A stretch of DNA of 64,000 nt from Candidatus Iainarchaeum sp. (GTDB taxonomy: Archaea > Iainarchaeota > Iainarchaeia > Iainarchaeales > JAAZKV01), in assembly GCA_026397015.1 (NCBI GenBank), contig JAPLVR010000003.1, positions 256,001 through 320,000 on the forward strand, in the 5' to 3' direction. Both the position numbers and the translations under genes were made by a program. The notes beneath the pieces were generated by a model. It did not search any database, was not told the origin of the DNA, and saw nothing but the letters and a program-made list of their open reading frames with translations. Below, piece by piece: positions 9,866 to 19,613 of the stretch. How positions within the stretch are numbered: position 1 is the stretch's first letter; each line of letters begins with the position of its first letter.

Positions 9866-10258
9866 ATGAGTCTCATGGATCCAATAGCAGATGCGTTAGT
9901 ACAAATCAAGAACGCGGAGGACGCTTCAAAGAAAGAATGCGCCATACAGCACGGGTCAAACTTCCTGGGTGAAGTATTGAACACTATGAAGGAAAACGAG
10001 TACATTGAAAGCTACGAGAAAAAAGTGGAAGGAAGCATAATCACTTACAGCGTGAAACTCGGGGGAAAAATAAACGAATGCAAGGCGATAAAACCAAGGT
10101 ACGCGGTAAAAAAAGACGCATACGAAAAGTACGAAAAAAGATACCTGCCGGCCAGAGACATAGGATTGCTCATAGTTTCAACGTCACAGGGTGTAATGTC
10201 GCACACGCAGGCAAAATCGAAAGGCCTCGGGGGAAGACTGGTGGCATTCGTATACTAA
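9866..10258 (+). CDS. rps8: 30S ribosomal protein S8 (uS8)
   Basis: DPIADAL, IKPRY, EKRYLPA, STSQGVMSH, GGRLVAFVY. Confidence 0.97.
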   Translation: MSLMDPIADALVQIKNAEDASKKECAIQHGSNFLGEVLNTMKENEYIESYEKKVEGSIITYSVKLGGKINECKAIKPRYAVKKDAYEKYEKRYLPARDIGLLIVSTSQGVMSHTQAKSKGLGGRLVAFVY

Positions 10259-10302
10259 ATAAGGAAAATTTGAAACGAAATAAAAAAATGAGAGTGGTTT
10301 TT

Positions 10303-10908
10303 ATGGCAGAAAAAGAGCTTGTGCAAAAGGTAATTATTCCGGAGGAAATAAGCGCTGAGAACCCGGACAAAAACACGCTCGTGTTAAAGTCCCCCAAAGG
10401 AATGATAAAGAGGACCTTCAAAAGCCACAGGTTGAAGATAAGTTTGCGCGGGAGAGAAATAATTCTTGAGGGGACGCCTGCAAACAAGCAGACAAGGGCG
10501 CTCCTGCACAGCGTTGTGGCACACATAAAAAATATGGTTGAAGGATTGCTTTACGGTCACAAATATGATTTGAAAATTGTTTACTCGCATTTTCCCCTTA
10601 CCGCCGAAGTCGAAGGCGGAAAGGTTAAGATAAAGAATTTCACCGGGGAAAAATTCAACAGATGGGGAAAAATAATCGGAGATGCAAAAGTTGCGGTGAA
10701 GGGGCAGGAGATTACGGTAACGGGGCTGGACAAGGAATCTGTCGGGCAGACGGCCGCAAATATGGAACTCGCAACAAAGGTAAGAAAAAGAGACGTAAGA
10801 AGATTTCAGGACGGAATTTATATCGTAAAAAGGGGAAATATCGAGGAAAAGAAAAAAGGAGCCGCAATAGCAACGGAAAAAGAAACTGAAGTAGTAAAAT
10901 CAAAATAA
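10303..10908 (+). CDS. rpl6: 50S ribosomal protein L6 (uL6)
   Basis: AHIKNMVEG, YSHFP, NFTGEK, VGQTAAN, D.RRFQDGIY; start reassigned to the ATG after rps8. Confidence 0.96.
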   Translation: MAEKELVQKVIIPEEISAENPDKNTLVLKSPKGMIKRTFKSHRLKISLRGREIILEGTPANKQTRALLHSVVAHIKNMVEGLLYGHKYDLKIVYSHFPLTAEVEGGKVKIKNFTGEKFNRWGKIIGDAKVAVKGQEITVTGLDKESVGQTAANMELATKVRKRDVRRFQDGIYIVKRGNIEEKKKGAAIATEKETEVVKSK

Positions 10909-10922
10909 GGGGGGTGAAAAAA

Positions 10923-11543
10923 ATGGCTAAAAAGGAAAAAAAGAAAATAAAAAAAGATTTTGAAGGGGCGGCAAAGGAAGCAAAATTAGGAGCAACTTCA
11001 AAAACGGCTGAAAAAAAGGCGGAGGAGAAAAAGGGGGAAGCAAATGCGGCAGCGGAAACTTCCGAAAAGAAAGAAAAAAAAGAGGAAAAGGGAAAAACAG
11101 CGGAAACCGCGAAGAAGATTGTTAAGAAAAAATTCATTGCAAGAGAAAAGAAAATCGAGATGAAGAAAAGCGCCGAGGCGCTTGAATTGCAAAAGAAACT
11201 TAAGGGGAGAAAGTGGCACCCAGTTTTTAGAGGCCGTTTCGGAAAGAAGTGCATCAGGAGAAAGTCAATTGAAAAATGGGACAAGTGGAGGAAAAGCAGG
11301 AGCATTGATTCTGACACGGGATTGAGGCACGGATTCAAGCCGAAAATAGGATATGGGAATCCAGCGGAAATAAGGGGCATTCATCCGTCTGGATATGTTG
11401 AGGTAAGGGTTCATAATGTGAAAGAACTGGAAAAAATAAATCCAAAAACCGAGGCTGGAAGAATTTCAGCGACTGTCGGAAAGAAAAAGAGGAATGAAAT
11501 AATTGTGAGAGCAAATGAAAAAAAAATAAAAATTTTGAATTAA
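10923..11543 (+). CDS. rpl32e: 50S ribosomal protein L32e with long K/E-rich N-terminal extension
   Basis: KWRK.R.IDS, PKIGY, RGIHPSGY.EV.V.N, VG.KKR. Confidence 0.94.
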   Translation: MAKKEKKKIKKDFEGAAKEAKLGATSKTAEKKAEEKKGEANAAAETSEKKEKKEEKGKTAETAKKIVKKKFIAREKKIEMKKSAEALELQKKLKGRKWHPVFRGRFGKKCIRRKSIEKWDKWRKSRSIDSDTGLRHGFKPKIGYGNPAEIRGIHPSGYVEVRVHNVKELEKINPKTEAGRISATVGKKKRNEIIVRANEKKIKILN

Positions 11544-11556
11544 TTTGGTTGAGATT

Positions 11557-12003
11557 ATGGAACTGGACAAAGTAAAAAAGCTGGCTGCGAAAGTGCTCAA
11601 GGTCGGGCCGAAAAGGGTTTACATCGACCCTGAACAGATCGCGCGGGCAAGGGAAGCGATGACAAAGGAAGATGTGCGCGGATTGATAAGCGAAAGAATA
11701 ATCAAAAAAAGACACCATCAGGGAAAAAGCAGGGCTGGCGCAAGACTGCTTGCGGAAAAAAAGCAAAAGGGGAGAAAAAGAGGAAAGGGAAAAAGAACCG
11801 GAACAAAAAAAGCGAGAGTCGAGAAAAAAAGCAACTGGATAAAAAAAGTGAGGGCGCAAAGGAGAATGCTTAGAGAATTGAAAAAGAGCAATCCGAAAGC
11901 GGTTGAAGAAAAAGGTTACAGGAATATTTACAGAAAGATAAAGGGAAATTATTTCAGGGGAAAAAATTATGTTAAGGAATATGTTGAAGGGGGCAAAAAA
12001 TAA
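11557..12003 (+). CDS. rpl19e: 50S ribosomal protein L19e
   Basis: LAAKVLKVG..RV.IDP, KGRKRGKG.R.G, WI.KVRAQR, KG..F. Confidence 0.96.
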   Translation: MELDKVKKLAAKVLKVGPKRVYIDPEQIARAREAMTKEDVRGLISERIIKKRHHQGKSRAGARLLAEKKQKGRKRGKGKRTGTKKARVEKKSNWIKKVRAQRRMLRELKKSNPKAVEEKGYRNIYRKIKGNYFRGKNYVKEYVEGGKK

Positions 12004-12572
12004 TGTCAATTGACAGAACATACAGGCTTCCTTTCAGAAGAAGAAGGGAAGGAAAAACGGACTACCGAAAAAGACTTGCATCCGTAAAATCAAAAAAGAT
12101 AAGGCTCGTGGTGAGAACGACAAACAAAAGAGTGCTTGTTCAGGCGATAAGATTCAACCCGAAGGGGGATGAAACAATCGCGTCCGCGGATTCACGCGAA
12201 CTTAACAAATTTTCTTTTTATGGAACGAACAATACTCCGTCTGCGTATCTAACAGGATTGCTGCTCGGAAAAAAACTCATCGAAAAGGAAAAAGAAGGAG
12301 TGCTTGACATTGGATTGAAGACGCCAAGTCACGGAAGCATAATATTCGCAGCCTTGAAAGGGATAAGTGACGCGGGAATAAAAGTTAAGTTCGGGGAAGG
12401 GGCAGTTCCGAGCGAAGACAGGATAAACGGAAAACTGCTCGACAAATACGCGCTGAGCTTGGGAGAAAGGGCAAAAACGGTTTTTTCAGGATACATTAAG
12501 GCTGGAATCGGAGTGGGAGAAATTTCAAAAGCTTTTGAAAATGCGAAATCGCAGATAATAAAGGTGAAATAA
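12003..12572 (+). CDS. rpl18: 50S ribosomal protein L18 (uL18)
   Basis: RRRREGKTDY.KR, RLVVR, N.PSAYLTG, LDIG. Confidence 0.97.
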   Translation: MSIDRTYRLPFRRRREGKTDYRKRLASVKSKKIRLVVRTTNKRVLVQAIRFNPKGDETIASADSRELNKFSFYGTNNTPSAYLTGLLLGKKLIEKEKEGVLDIGLKTPSHGSIIFAALKGISDAGIKVKFGEGAVPSEDRINGKLLDKYALSLGERAKTVFSGYIKAGIGVGEISKAFENAKSQIIKVK

Positions 12573-13273
12573 TGGGTTTTAGAAAAAGAAAAGAAAGGGA
12601 GCCTGACGCGGACCAGATTGCGGCCGAAATAGCAAGAAAACAGAAAACATTGAACGACTGGGTTCCAAAAACGGCACTTGGAAGAAAAGTTAAAGTCGGC
12701 GAAATCACTTCAATTGAAGAAATATTTGAAAAGGGGTGGAAAATCTTAGAGCCCGAAGTGGTTGATTCGCTTTTGCGCCTCGAAGAAGAAACTATTGAAG
12801 TCGCAAAAACAACAAGGGTAGTTACTTCCGGAAGAAAATTTTCATTTAGGGCGACGGTAATGGTCGGAAACAGAAACGGTTACATAGGGATAGCAACGGG
12901 AAAGGCGACTGAAAAGTTTCCTGCCATAGAAAAAGCAAGCAAAAAGGCAAGACTAAACATTAAAAAAATAGTTTTGGGTTCGGGATCGTGGGAAGAACAG
13001 CCGACAAGCGACAAACATTCCATTCCGTTCAAAGTAATTGGAAAATGCGGCGGAGTAAAGGTTACGCTGCTTCCTGCGCCGAAGGGAACCGGTCTGGCAG
13101 TTGGAAAAAATATAAAAAAAGTTTTGGAATTTGCAGGAGTTAGAAATGTTTGGAGCAAAGCGAGAGGAAGTTCCGATACAAGACTAAACTTCGTGTTAGC
13201 GGCAATAGACGCGCTTGAAAAAACCGCCCAAATGCGGGTATCAAAAGATGTGGAGAGAAAAATTTTCAAATAA
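12572..13273 (+). CDS. rps5: 30S ribosomal protein S5 (uS5)
   Basis: WVPKT.LG, SGRKFSF, VGNRNGY, GSWE, PAPKGTGL. Confidence 0.97.
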   Translation: MGFRKRKEREPDADQIAAEIARKQKTLNDWVPKTALGRKVKVGEITSIEEIFEKGWKILEPEVVDSLLRLEEETIEVAKTTRVVTSGRKFSFRATVMVGNRNGYIGIATGKATEKFPAIEKASKKARLNIKKIVLGSGSWEEQPTSDKHSIPFKVIGKCGGVKVTLLPAPKGTGLAVGKNIKKVLEFAGVRNVWSKARGSSDTRLNFVLAAIDALEKTAQMRVSKDVERKIFK

Positions 13274-13347
13274 AAAAATAAAAAATAAAAAGTGTTGAAA
13301 AAATAAGGCTAGGAAACAAAAAAATGGGAAAAACTGAAAGGAGATGA

Positions 13348-13842
13348 ATGAATTTTATGTACGCTGCAATAAGGATTAGGGGACAGGTAAACCTTAATCA
13401 CAAGATGAAAAAAGCGCTTGACATGCTTAATTTGAAGAAAGCGAACCACCTAAGCCTCTGGCCGGAAAGCAAAGGCGCGAAAAAAATGCTTGAAAGGACG
13501 CAGGGAAACATAACATTCGGAGAAATTGATGACGCAACATTGAAAGAACTTCTGGAAGAAAAGGCCGAAGTGAGTGTGCCGTCAAAAAATAAAAAGGGAG
13601 AAAAAACGAAGGCGAAAAAGGCGGGAGCAGAGAAAACAAGGGCGGAAGTTGATGTAAAACAAGTAATTGAGCTTTTAAAAAAATGGAAGAGCCCGAAAGA
13701 GGCGGGAATAAAAAATTGTTTCAGACTCGCGGCGCCGACAAAAGGATACGAAAGGGGCGGAATAAAAAAACCCTACAAACTCGGCGGAGCGCTGGGATAC
13801 AGGGGAAAAGAAATAAACGCGCTCATCAAAAAAATGCTTTAG
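13348..13842 (+). CDS. rpl30: 50S ribosomal protein L30 (uL30)
   Basis: AAIRIRG, TFGEI, FRL..P.KG, GALGYRG..IN.LI..M. Confidence 0.95.
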   Translation: MNFMYAAIRIRGQVNLNHKMKKALDMLNLKKANHLSLWPESKGAKKMLERTQGNITFGEIDDATLKELLEEKAEVSVPSKNKKGEKTKAKKAGAEKTRAEVDVKQVIELLKKWKSPKEAGIKNCFRLAAPTKGYERGGIKKPYKLGGALGYRGKEINALIKKML

Positions 13843-13908
13843 CGGAAAACGAAAAAGTGAAATTTGGAAGAACAAAAAAAGAAATAAATGGAATTTTTGG
13901 GTGAAGAA

Positions 13909-14418
13909 ATGGTTGAAAGGAAAAGAAGAAGAAAAAATAAGGTAAGAGGGGAAAGGACCCACGGAATGGGCGGCACTAAAAACAACCGCGGAGGCGGATG
14001 CAGGGGCGGAAGGGGAAATGCGGGCGCAAACAAACACAAATTTCACAGCCTCAAAAGGCTTTACCCAAAAAAGATAAGGCTCAACGCAAAACCCATTAAA
14101 GAAAAAATAATAAGTTTGGGGGATTTAAACAAAAAGCTTGATAAAATGCTGAAAGACGGAAGGGCTGGAAAGAAAGGCGCAATCATAGTGATTGGAGAGG
14201 ATAGCGGATACACCAAGGTTCTGAGCGGCGGAAATATCGACAAAAAAATTATTCTAAAAATAAAGGCGTCGGAAAAAGCCGTGGAAAAAATAATTTCTGC
14301 CGGCGGAAAAGTGGAAACCGAGGGCGCAAAAACGAAAATGAGTTCAGACAGCGAAGACGAGGACGAAGAACTTGAATTTGAGAGCAAAGAAGAATTCGGC
14401 AAGGGAGAAGAGAGTTAA
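13909..14418 (+). CDS. rpl15: 50S ribosomal protein L15 (uL15)
   Basis: RG.RTHG.G..KNNRG.G.RGGRGNAG..KHK, A.EKI..AGG; acidic tail. Confidence 0.96.
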   Translation: MVERKRRRKNKVRGERTHGMGGTKNNRGGGCRGGRGNAGANKHKFHSLKRLYPKKIRLNAKPIKEKIISLGDLNKKLDKMLKDGRAGKKGAIIVIGEDSGYTKVLSGGNIDKKIILKIKASEKAVEKIISAGGKVETEGAKTKMSSDSEDEDEELEFESKEEFGKGEES

Positions 14419-14479
14419 TCCGAAAAAAACAATTTTTTGAAATCTGAGGATAAAGTTTGAAAAAGGGCTGTTGATACGA

Positions 14480-15853
14480 ATGGGAATAGTTGATTATTTT
14501 GTAGGGCTGTCCGCCGTGCTGCCGGAAATAAAGGCGCCGGAAAAGGAAATTCCGTTCAAGGAAAAACTTTTTTGGACAATACTTGCAATAATAATATTTT
14601 TCGTTCTTGGAAACATTTGGGTAATAGGGCTCGATTTAAACAACCTGAATGTGCAAAACATAATATTCTACCAGACACTTCTTGCGAGCCACACGGGAAC
14701 GCTGATAAGCTCGGGAATCGGCCCGATAGTAATGGCGTCAATATTTTTACAGCTTTTCGTCGGCGCAAAAATATTGAACATAGATATGGCAGATCCGACC
14801 GGACGGGCAAAATTCCAGGCACTTCAAAAAATATTTACAGTAGTATTGTGTGTCGTTGAGGGATTTATTTTGGCAGCATCCGGAATGCTTATGCCGATTG
14901 GAGGAAATTTTATTGGAAATCCTGTGCTTTGGATTGTAACGGCACAGGTCGCGCTGGGTTCGCTAATATTACTTTATCTTGATGAAATAGTTTCAAAATA
15001 CGGAATAGGGTCAGGAGTAAGTCTGTTCATTGCGGCGGGAGTAAGCTCGGAAATTTTCTGGCAAATATTCATGCTGCCGATAACTTCAGGGTTTAATCCT
15101 GCGCTTGCAAACGGAGGGCTGCTGTGGAGGGCATTCACCACCGGAAACGGGCTGGTGCTGCTGCCGATACTGGGGCTTGTGGCAATATTCCTTGTTGTTA
15201 CCTTTGCAGAAGGAATGCACGTAAATATCCCAATTACAATGGGGCACAGGGGAACAGGCGGAAGGTATCCTGTAAAATTTTTGTATGTGAGCAACATGCC
15301 TGTAATACTCGCGATGGCATTATTTGCGAATATCAGAATTTGGGCGGTTTTTTTGAAGAACGTTCCGATAATGGGGGATTTGATGAACGGGGCATCATGG
15401 GCGGTCGGAGTGCCAAATGTCGGAGGAATGACTCTTCTAACAGCGATTTTTGTTCAGGGAATAAATTCAACAACACTTGCAGCGGCTGGACAAGCCGTAA
15501 TATTCCTCTCAATTTTGATAATTGTTTGTGTTGTATTCGGGTGGTTCTGGGTTCAAATGGGAAACCAGAGCGCGGAGGCTGTTGCGGGACAACTGCAGAG
15601 CTCAGGAATGCAGATTCCGGGATTCAGGAAGGACAAGAGAATAATTGAAAGGGTGCTTGCGAGGTACATCCCGCCGATAACAATATTGGGCTCAATATTT
15701 GTTGCGTTGCTCGCGGGATTCGGAGACATGATACTCAGCAATCTCTCCTCCGGAACTGGAATATTGCTCACAGTCGGAATTGTTTACAGGTTTTATGAAG
15801 AGATAGCGAGAACGCAGGCGGAGAAATTGGCGCCGCTGCTGGGAAAATTTTAA
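14480..15853 (+). CDS. secY: Preprotein translocase subunit SecY
   Basis: Multi-pass membrane protein; GIGPIV.ASI.LQL, YLDEIVSKYGIGSG.SLFI, YP.KFLY.SN.P, QIPGFR, GTGILL.V. Confidence 0.98.
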   Translation: MGIVDYFVGLSAVLPEIKAPEKEIPFKEKLFWTILAIIIFFVLGNIWVIGLDLNNLNVQNIIFYQTLLASHTGTLISSGIGPIVMASIFLQLFVGAKILNIDMADPTGRAKFQALQKIFTVVLCVVEGFILAASGMLMPIGGNFIGNPVLWIVTAQVALGSLILLYLDEIVSKYGIGSGVSLFIAAGVSSEIFWQIFMLPITSGFNPALANGGLLWRAFTTGNGLVLLPILGLVAIFLVVTFAEGMHVNIPITMGHRGTGGRYPVKFLYVSNMPVILAMALFANIRIWAVFLKNVPIMGDLMNGASWAVGVPNVGGMTLLTAIFVQGINSTTLAAAGQAVIFLSILIIVCVVFGWFWVQMGNQSAEAVAGQLQSSGMQIPGFRKDKRIIERVLARYIPPITILGSIFVALLAGFGDMILSNLSSGTGILLTVGIVYRFYEEIARTQAEKLAPLLGKF

Positions 15854-15877
15854 TTTAACGGAAGGGGAAAAAAAACG

Positions 15878-16516
15878 GTGAAAAAGAATGGACGCAAAAA
15901 AAGTTTTATATACCATTGGTTCCAGAGAATCTGTCAATGGTGGGCCGGGCGGGGGCGGTTCATAGTGAATTTCATCAGCCCCGCAGTGGTAATATTCGCG
16001 GTTTCATTTGTAATGGTAATCGTTTCAGAATTGATAAAATGGAAGTTTTTTGACAAAGAGAAGGTAGACGGACATCAGAAAGAAATGAAAAGGAAACAGG
16101 AATTAATGAAGGAATTGATAAAGGAGGGCGACAAAAGAAAAAAAGAGATTGACAAACTACAGGAAGAAATGCTTGACCACACCAGAGAAATATTGGGTGC
16201 AAGTAACAAATTGATGTTTGTTTCGCTTCCGGTTTTCATGGTATTATTTTTGGTGCTCGGAATGCTTTATGGCGGAAAAATGTTTGACGCGTTGTTTCCG
16301 CTGCCAAAGTTTGAAAATTTTTTCCTGCTGAACCCGCTCAGCTGGTTCAGTTGGTTCAGGCTTGATTGGCCCCCGGTGGTTTTGACAATGAAAACGGGAT
16401 ATTACAAAGCGTATTTTTTCTCATATCTTGTGTCGTCAATCGTAATTTCGATTCTGAGAAAAAGTGTTTGGCAAAATTTTAAGGGAAAAATGCCGAAATT
16501 GGGAAATAAAAAATGA
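15878..16516 (+). CDS. EMC3/TMCO1 (DUF106, Oxa1 superfamily) membrane insertase
   Basis: TM, coiled coil, two TMs, with YF..Y..S...RK end; conserved position after secY. True start may be near 15965. Confidence 0.8.
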   Translation: MKKNGRKKSFIYHWFQRICQWWAGRGRFIVNFISPAVVIFAVSFVMVIVSELIKWKFFDKEKVDGHQKEMKRKQELMKELIKEGDKRKKEIDKLQEEMLDHTREILGASNKLMFVSLPVFMVLFLVLGMLYGGKMFDALFPLPKFENFFLLNPLSWFSWFRLDWPPVVLTMKTGYYKAYFFSYLVSSIVISILRKSVWQNFKGKMPKLGNKK

Positions 16517-16584
16517 AAATTAATTGAAAAAATAGGATGAAAACAAAAAATGGGAAATAAAAAAAATGAAAAGTGATTTTTATG
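16503..16584 (+). repeat. 82-bp A-rich intergenic direct repeat, copy 2 (upstream of rpl34e)
   Basis: Near-identical to 6420..6502. Confidence 0.9.
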
Positions 16585-16917
16585 GTGAAACCGCACGAAA
16601 AAACAATGAAGAAAAAAATGAGGAAAACTCCTTCAAAAAATAAAAGGGTTTTCTTCAAGGAAAAACCTTCAAAGAAAACATGCCCCGTAACGGGAGAAGC
16701 GTTAAAAGGGGTTCCGCATGCAAGAAAATACAAGGCAAATAAACTTAGCAAAACACAGAGGAGACCGAGCGTGCCTTTTGGGGGCGTTCTTTCGGCGAGA
16801 GCAAGGGAACAGGTTTTTATTGAAACTGGAAAAATCGCCGCAGGCGTTAAAAAAATTGATGATATCGACGAGAAATACAAAAAATTTGTAAAACAGGCGC
16901 TCAAGAGGTTCGAGTGA
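16582..16917 (+). CDS. rpl34e: 50S ribosomal protein L34e
   Basis: RKTP, L.GVP, KTQRRPS.PFGG.L; most Zn-finger Cys are replaced. Confidence 0.92.
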   Translation: MVKPHEKTMKKKMRKTPSKNKRVFFKEKPSKKTCPVTGEALKGVPHARKYKANKLSKTQRRPSVPFGGVLSARAREQVFIETGKIAAGVKKIDDIDEKYKKFVKQALKRFE

Positions 16918-16947
16918 AAAAAAACGTTTGGGTGGCAAGGAAAAAAA

Positions 16948-17175
16948 GTGAAACTTATGGAAATAGGGCAAATTTGCATCAAGACAAAAGGGAGAAGCGC
17001 CGGCAGAAAGGTAGTAGTGCTGTCTGAAGTGAAGAACGGAAAGATTTTGGTTGACGGCATAAATGTCAAAAGAAAGGAGTACAATGCAATGCACCTGTTT
17101 CCGACAAAAGAGAAAGTGAAATTAAAAAAAGAGGCGACACACAAGGAAGTGGAAAGCGCACTCAAAAAGCAGTGA
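16948..17175 (+). CDS. rpl14e: 50S ribosomal protein L14e
   Basis: EIGQICIKT.GR.AG.K.VV, VKRK..N..HL.PT. Confidence 0.93.
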   Translation: MKLMEIGQICIKTKGRSAGRKVVVLSEVKNGKILVDGINVKRKEYNAMHLFPTKEKVKLKKEATHKEVESALKKQ

Positions 17176-17194
17176 GTATGAAAAGTGATTCAAA

Positions 17195-17692
17195 ATGGCT
17201 GAACTAAAGTACATAGTAAGATTGATTGGAAAAGATTTGGATGGGACAAAGGCCGTTGAAAATGGAGTTTGCGGAATAAAGGGGGTAGGCAAAAGAATGG
17301 GAATGATAATAAGCGGCCAATTCAAAAAAGAAAACGGAATAAAGGGAATGAAAAAACTCGGAGAGCTTAACGACGAGGAAATAAAGAAGCTTGAAGATGT
17401 AATTACAAACCCTGCAAAGCACGACATCCCCGGATGGGCGCTTAACAGGCAAAAGGATTTTGAAAGCGGAGAAACCATGCATAAAACAATGAACGAACTG
17501 GATTTCGGGCTGAGAACAGATTTGCAGAGGCTCGCGGAAATAAAATCCTACAGAGGGCTTAGGCACATGTGGGGGCTTACTGTAAGAGGGCAGAAAACGA
17601 GAAGCACCCACAGAGGAAAAGGCGGCGTTGTCGGAGTTGTAAAGAAAGATGTTAAAAAAGCCGGCGGCGGAGCAAAAGAGGAAAAAAAATAA
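17195..17692 (+). CDS. rps13: 30S ribosomal protein S13 (uS13)
   Basis: YIVR..KDLDG, P.W.LNRQKD, SYRGLRH..GL.VRGQ.T. Confidence 0.97.
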   Translation: MAELKYIVRLIGKDLDGTKAVENGVCGIKGVGKRMGMIISGQFKKENGIKGMKKLGELNDEEIKKLEDVITNPAKHDIPGWALNRQKDFESGETMHKTMNELDFGLRTDLQRLAEIKSYRGLRHMWGLTVRGQKTRSTHRGKGGVVGVVKKDVKKAGGGAKEEKK

Positions 17693-17725
17693 AATTGAAA
17701 TTATGAAAATTTTAAAACTGAAAAA

Positions 17726-18415
17726 GTGATGCAAATGGGAGACCCGAGAAAAAGAAGGAAAAGTTTCGAATGGCCGAAAAAGCCTTTCGAGAAGGAAAGA
17801 ATTGACACGGACAGGGTGCTCAAAAAAACTTACGGGCTAAAAAACAAGCAGGAACTTTACGAAGCGAGGACAATTATGCGAAGGAAGAGGACCAGCGCAA
17901 AGAAACTGCTCGCATTGAATCTGGAAAAGAGGCTCAGAAAAGAAAAAGAGCTGCTTGAATCGCTTAAAAAAATGGGAATACTTTCCGGAAACCCTTCGCT
18001 CGAAGATGCGCTGATGCTTAATGAAAATGACCTGCTCGAAAGAAGGCTTCAGACAATCGTTTTGAGAAAGGGGCTGGCGAATACCACAAAACAGGCAAGG
18101 CAGTTTATTGTGCACGGGCACATAGCAATAAACGGGAAAAAAATGGACAAGCCGAGCTACATAGTGCCTGCAATGGAAGAAGACAAAATAAGCTATTACG
18201 GGAAAGAAATAAAATTTGAGCAAAAAAAAGTAAAGCCGGTGAAAGGGGCGAAAGAAAAAGGAAAAATTGACGAGCTCAGGGAAGAATTTGAAGAGGCAAA
18301 ACCGGACGAAGAAATTATGGGCGCGGATGCGACCGAAGAAATCGAAATCGCGGGAAAGAAGACGAAAGGGGAAGAAGAGGTTGCAGGAGAGGGAGGGGAA
18401 GGTGAGAAACAATGA
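17726..18415 (+). CDS. rps4: 30S ribosomal protein S4 (uS4)
   Basis: MGDP, YGLKNK.E, LERRLQT.V..KGLA, ARQ.IVHGHI. Confidence 0.97.
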   Translation: MMQMGDPRKRRKSFEWPKKPFEKERIDTDRVLKKTYGLKNKQELYEARTIMRRKRTSAKKLLALNLEKRLRKEKELLESLKKMGILSGNPSLEDALMLNENDLLERRLQTIVLRKGLANTTKQARQFIVHGHIAINGKKMDKPSYIVPAMEEDKISYYGKEIKFEQKKVKPVKGAKEKGKIDELREEFEEAKPDEEIMGADATEEIEIAGKKTKGEEEVAGEGGEGEKQ

Positions 18416-18801
18416 GTGAAACAAAAGGAATAATCCATATTTATGCAACGCATAACAACACGATGCTTTTGCTTACCGACCTTACGGGCGCGGAAACAAT
18501 TGCAAAAAGCACCGGTGGGATGGAAACCAAATCACAGCACAAAGAAGGAACGCCCTATGTTGCAATGAAACTGGCGGCGAATGTTGCGAGCGCGGCAAGA
18601 GAAGCGGGAATAAGGGAAGTTTATGTCAGGGTAAGGGGCCACGGCGGAAACAGAAGCACTTCGGCGGGCGCTGGAGCGGAAGCGGCAATAAGGTCGATTA
18701 CAAGAAACGGAATCAGAATAATTTCGATAGAAAATGTTACTCCCCAGCCGCACGACGGCTGCAGAAAGAAGAAAAAATTCAGGGGAAAATCAAAGGCTTA
18801 A
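18412..18801 (+). CDS. rps11: 30S ribosomal protein S11 (uS11)
   Basis: HIYA..NNT, TDLTG.ET, IENVTP.PHDG.R. Confidence 0.97.
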   Translation: MSETKGIIHIYATHNNTMLLLTDLTGAETIAKSTGGMETKSQHKEGTPYVAMKLAANVASAAREAGIREVYVRVRGHGGNRSTSAGAGAEAAIRSITRNGIRIISIENVTPQPHDGCRKKKKFRGKSKA

Positions 18802-18823
18802 ATTTGAAAAACTGGTGAAAAAA

Positions 18824-19573
18824 ATGGAAGTAAAAAAAATATTTGAAGAAGGAAATATTTCAAAGTACCTTGTAAAGGGGACGACGCCCGCTTTCATGAA
18901 TACTTTGAGAAGAACAATAATGAACAACACTCCTTGCCTCGCCATCGATACCGTGAGAATCTACAACAACGATTCGGTAGTGGTAGATGAAATGCTGGTG
19001 AACAGATTGGGGCTATTGCCTCTAAAAACCGACATAAAGGGTTACAAAAAGGGAAACACTGTAAAACTCGTGCTTGACGCAACCGGGCCGAAAACGGTTA
19101 CAAGCAAGGACATAAAGTGCACGGACCCAAAAATAGAGGTTACGGACAAAAAGATTCCAATAACCAAGCTCGGAAAGGAGCAAAAATTGAAATTGGAAAT
19201 GACTGCGATAATGGGCACAGGGTATGAACACGTAAAATTCCAGCCGGCAATTGTTTCTTACAACGAGGTTCCAACAATAAACAATGAAAAGGCATATTCG
19301 AACACGAAAGAACTTATTGACGCGGCACCGAAAGGCCTTATCGAAGCAAAAGCTGGAAAATTATTCCTCCTCGACCCCTACAATATAAAATTTGCGACGC
19401 AACAGGAAGACCTGCTTGCAAAGCACGGAGTAGAACTCGAATATATTGAAGACGAATTCGTGCTCACAATAGAAAACAACGGGCAGTTAGACCCCAAGGA
19501 AATAATTGAACTTGCGACGGATTCGCTGGCTGAAAAGCTGGAAGAATTCGGGAAAGAAATAAAAAAAATATGA
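18824..19573 (+). CDS. rpoD: DNA-directed RNA polymerase subunit D (Rpo3)
   Basis: NTLRR, NDS...DE.L..RLGL.PL, GP..V.S.D, G.EH.KFQP. Confidence 0.95.
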   Translation: MEVKKIFEEGNISKYLVKGTTPAFMNTLRRTIMNNTPCLAIDTVRIYNNDSVVVDEMLVNRLGLLPLKTDIKGYKKGNTVKLVLDATGPKTVTSKDIKCTDPKIEVTDKKIPITKLGKEQKLKLEMTAIMGTGYEHVKFQPAIVSYNEVPTINNEKAYSNTKELIDAAPKGLIEAKAGKLFLLDPYNIKFATQQEDLLAKHGVELEYIEDEFVLTIENNGQLDPKEIIELATDSLAEKLEEFGKEIKKI

Positions 19574-19613
19574 TGCAAAGCATCATAAAACCCGAGCATA
19601 GAACATTTATGCG

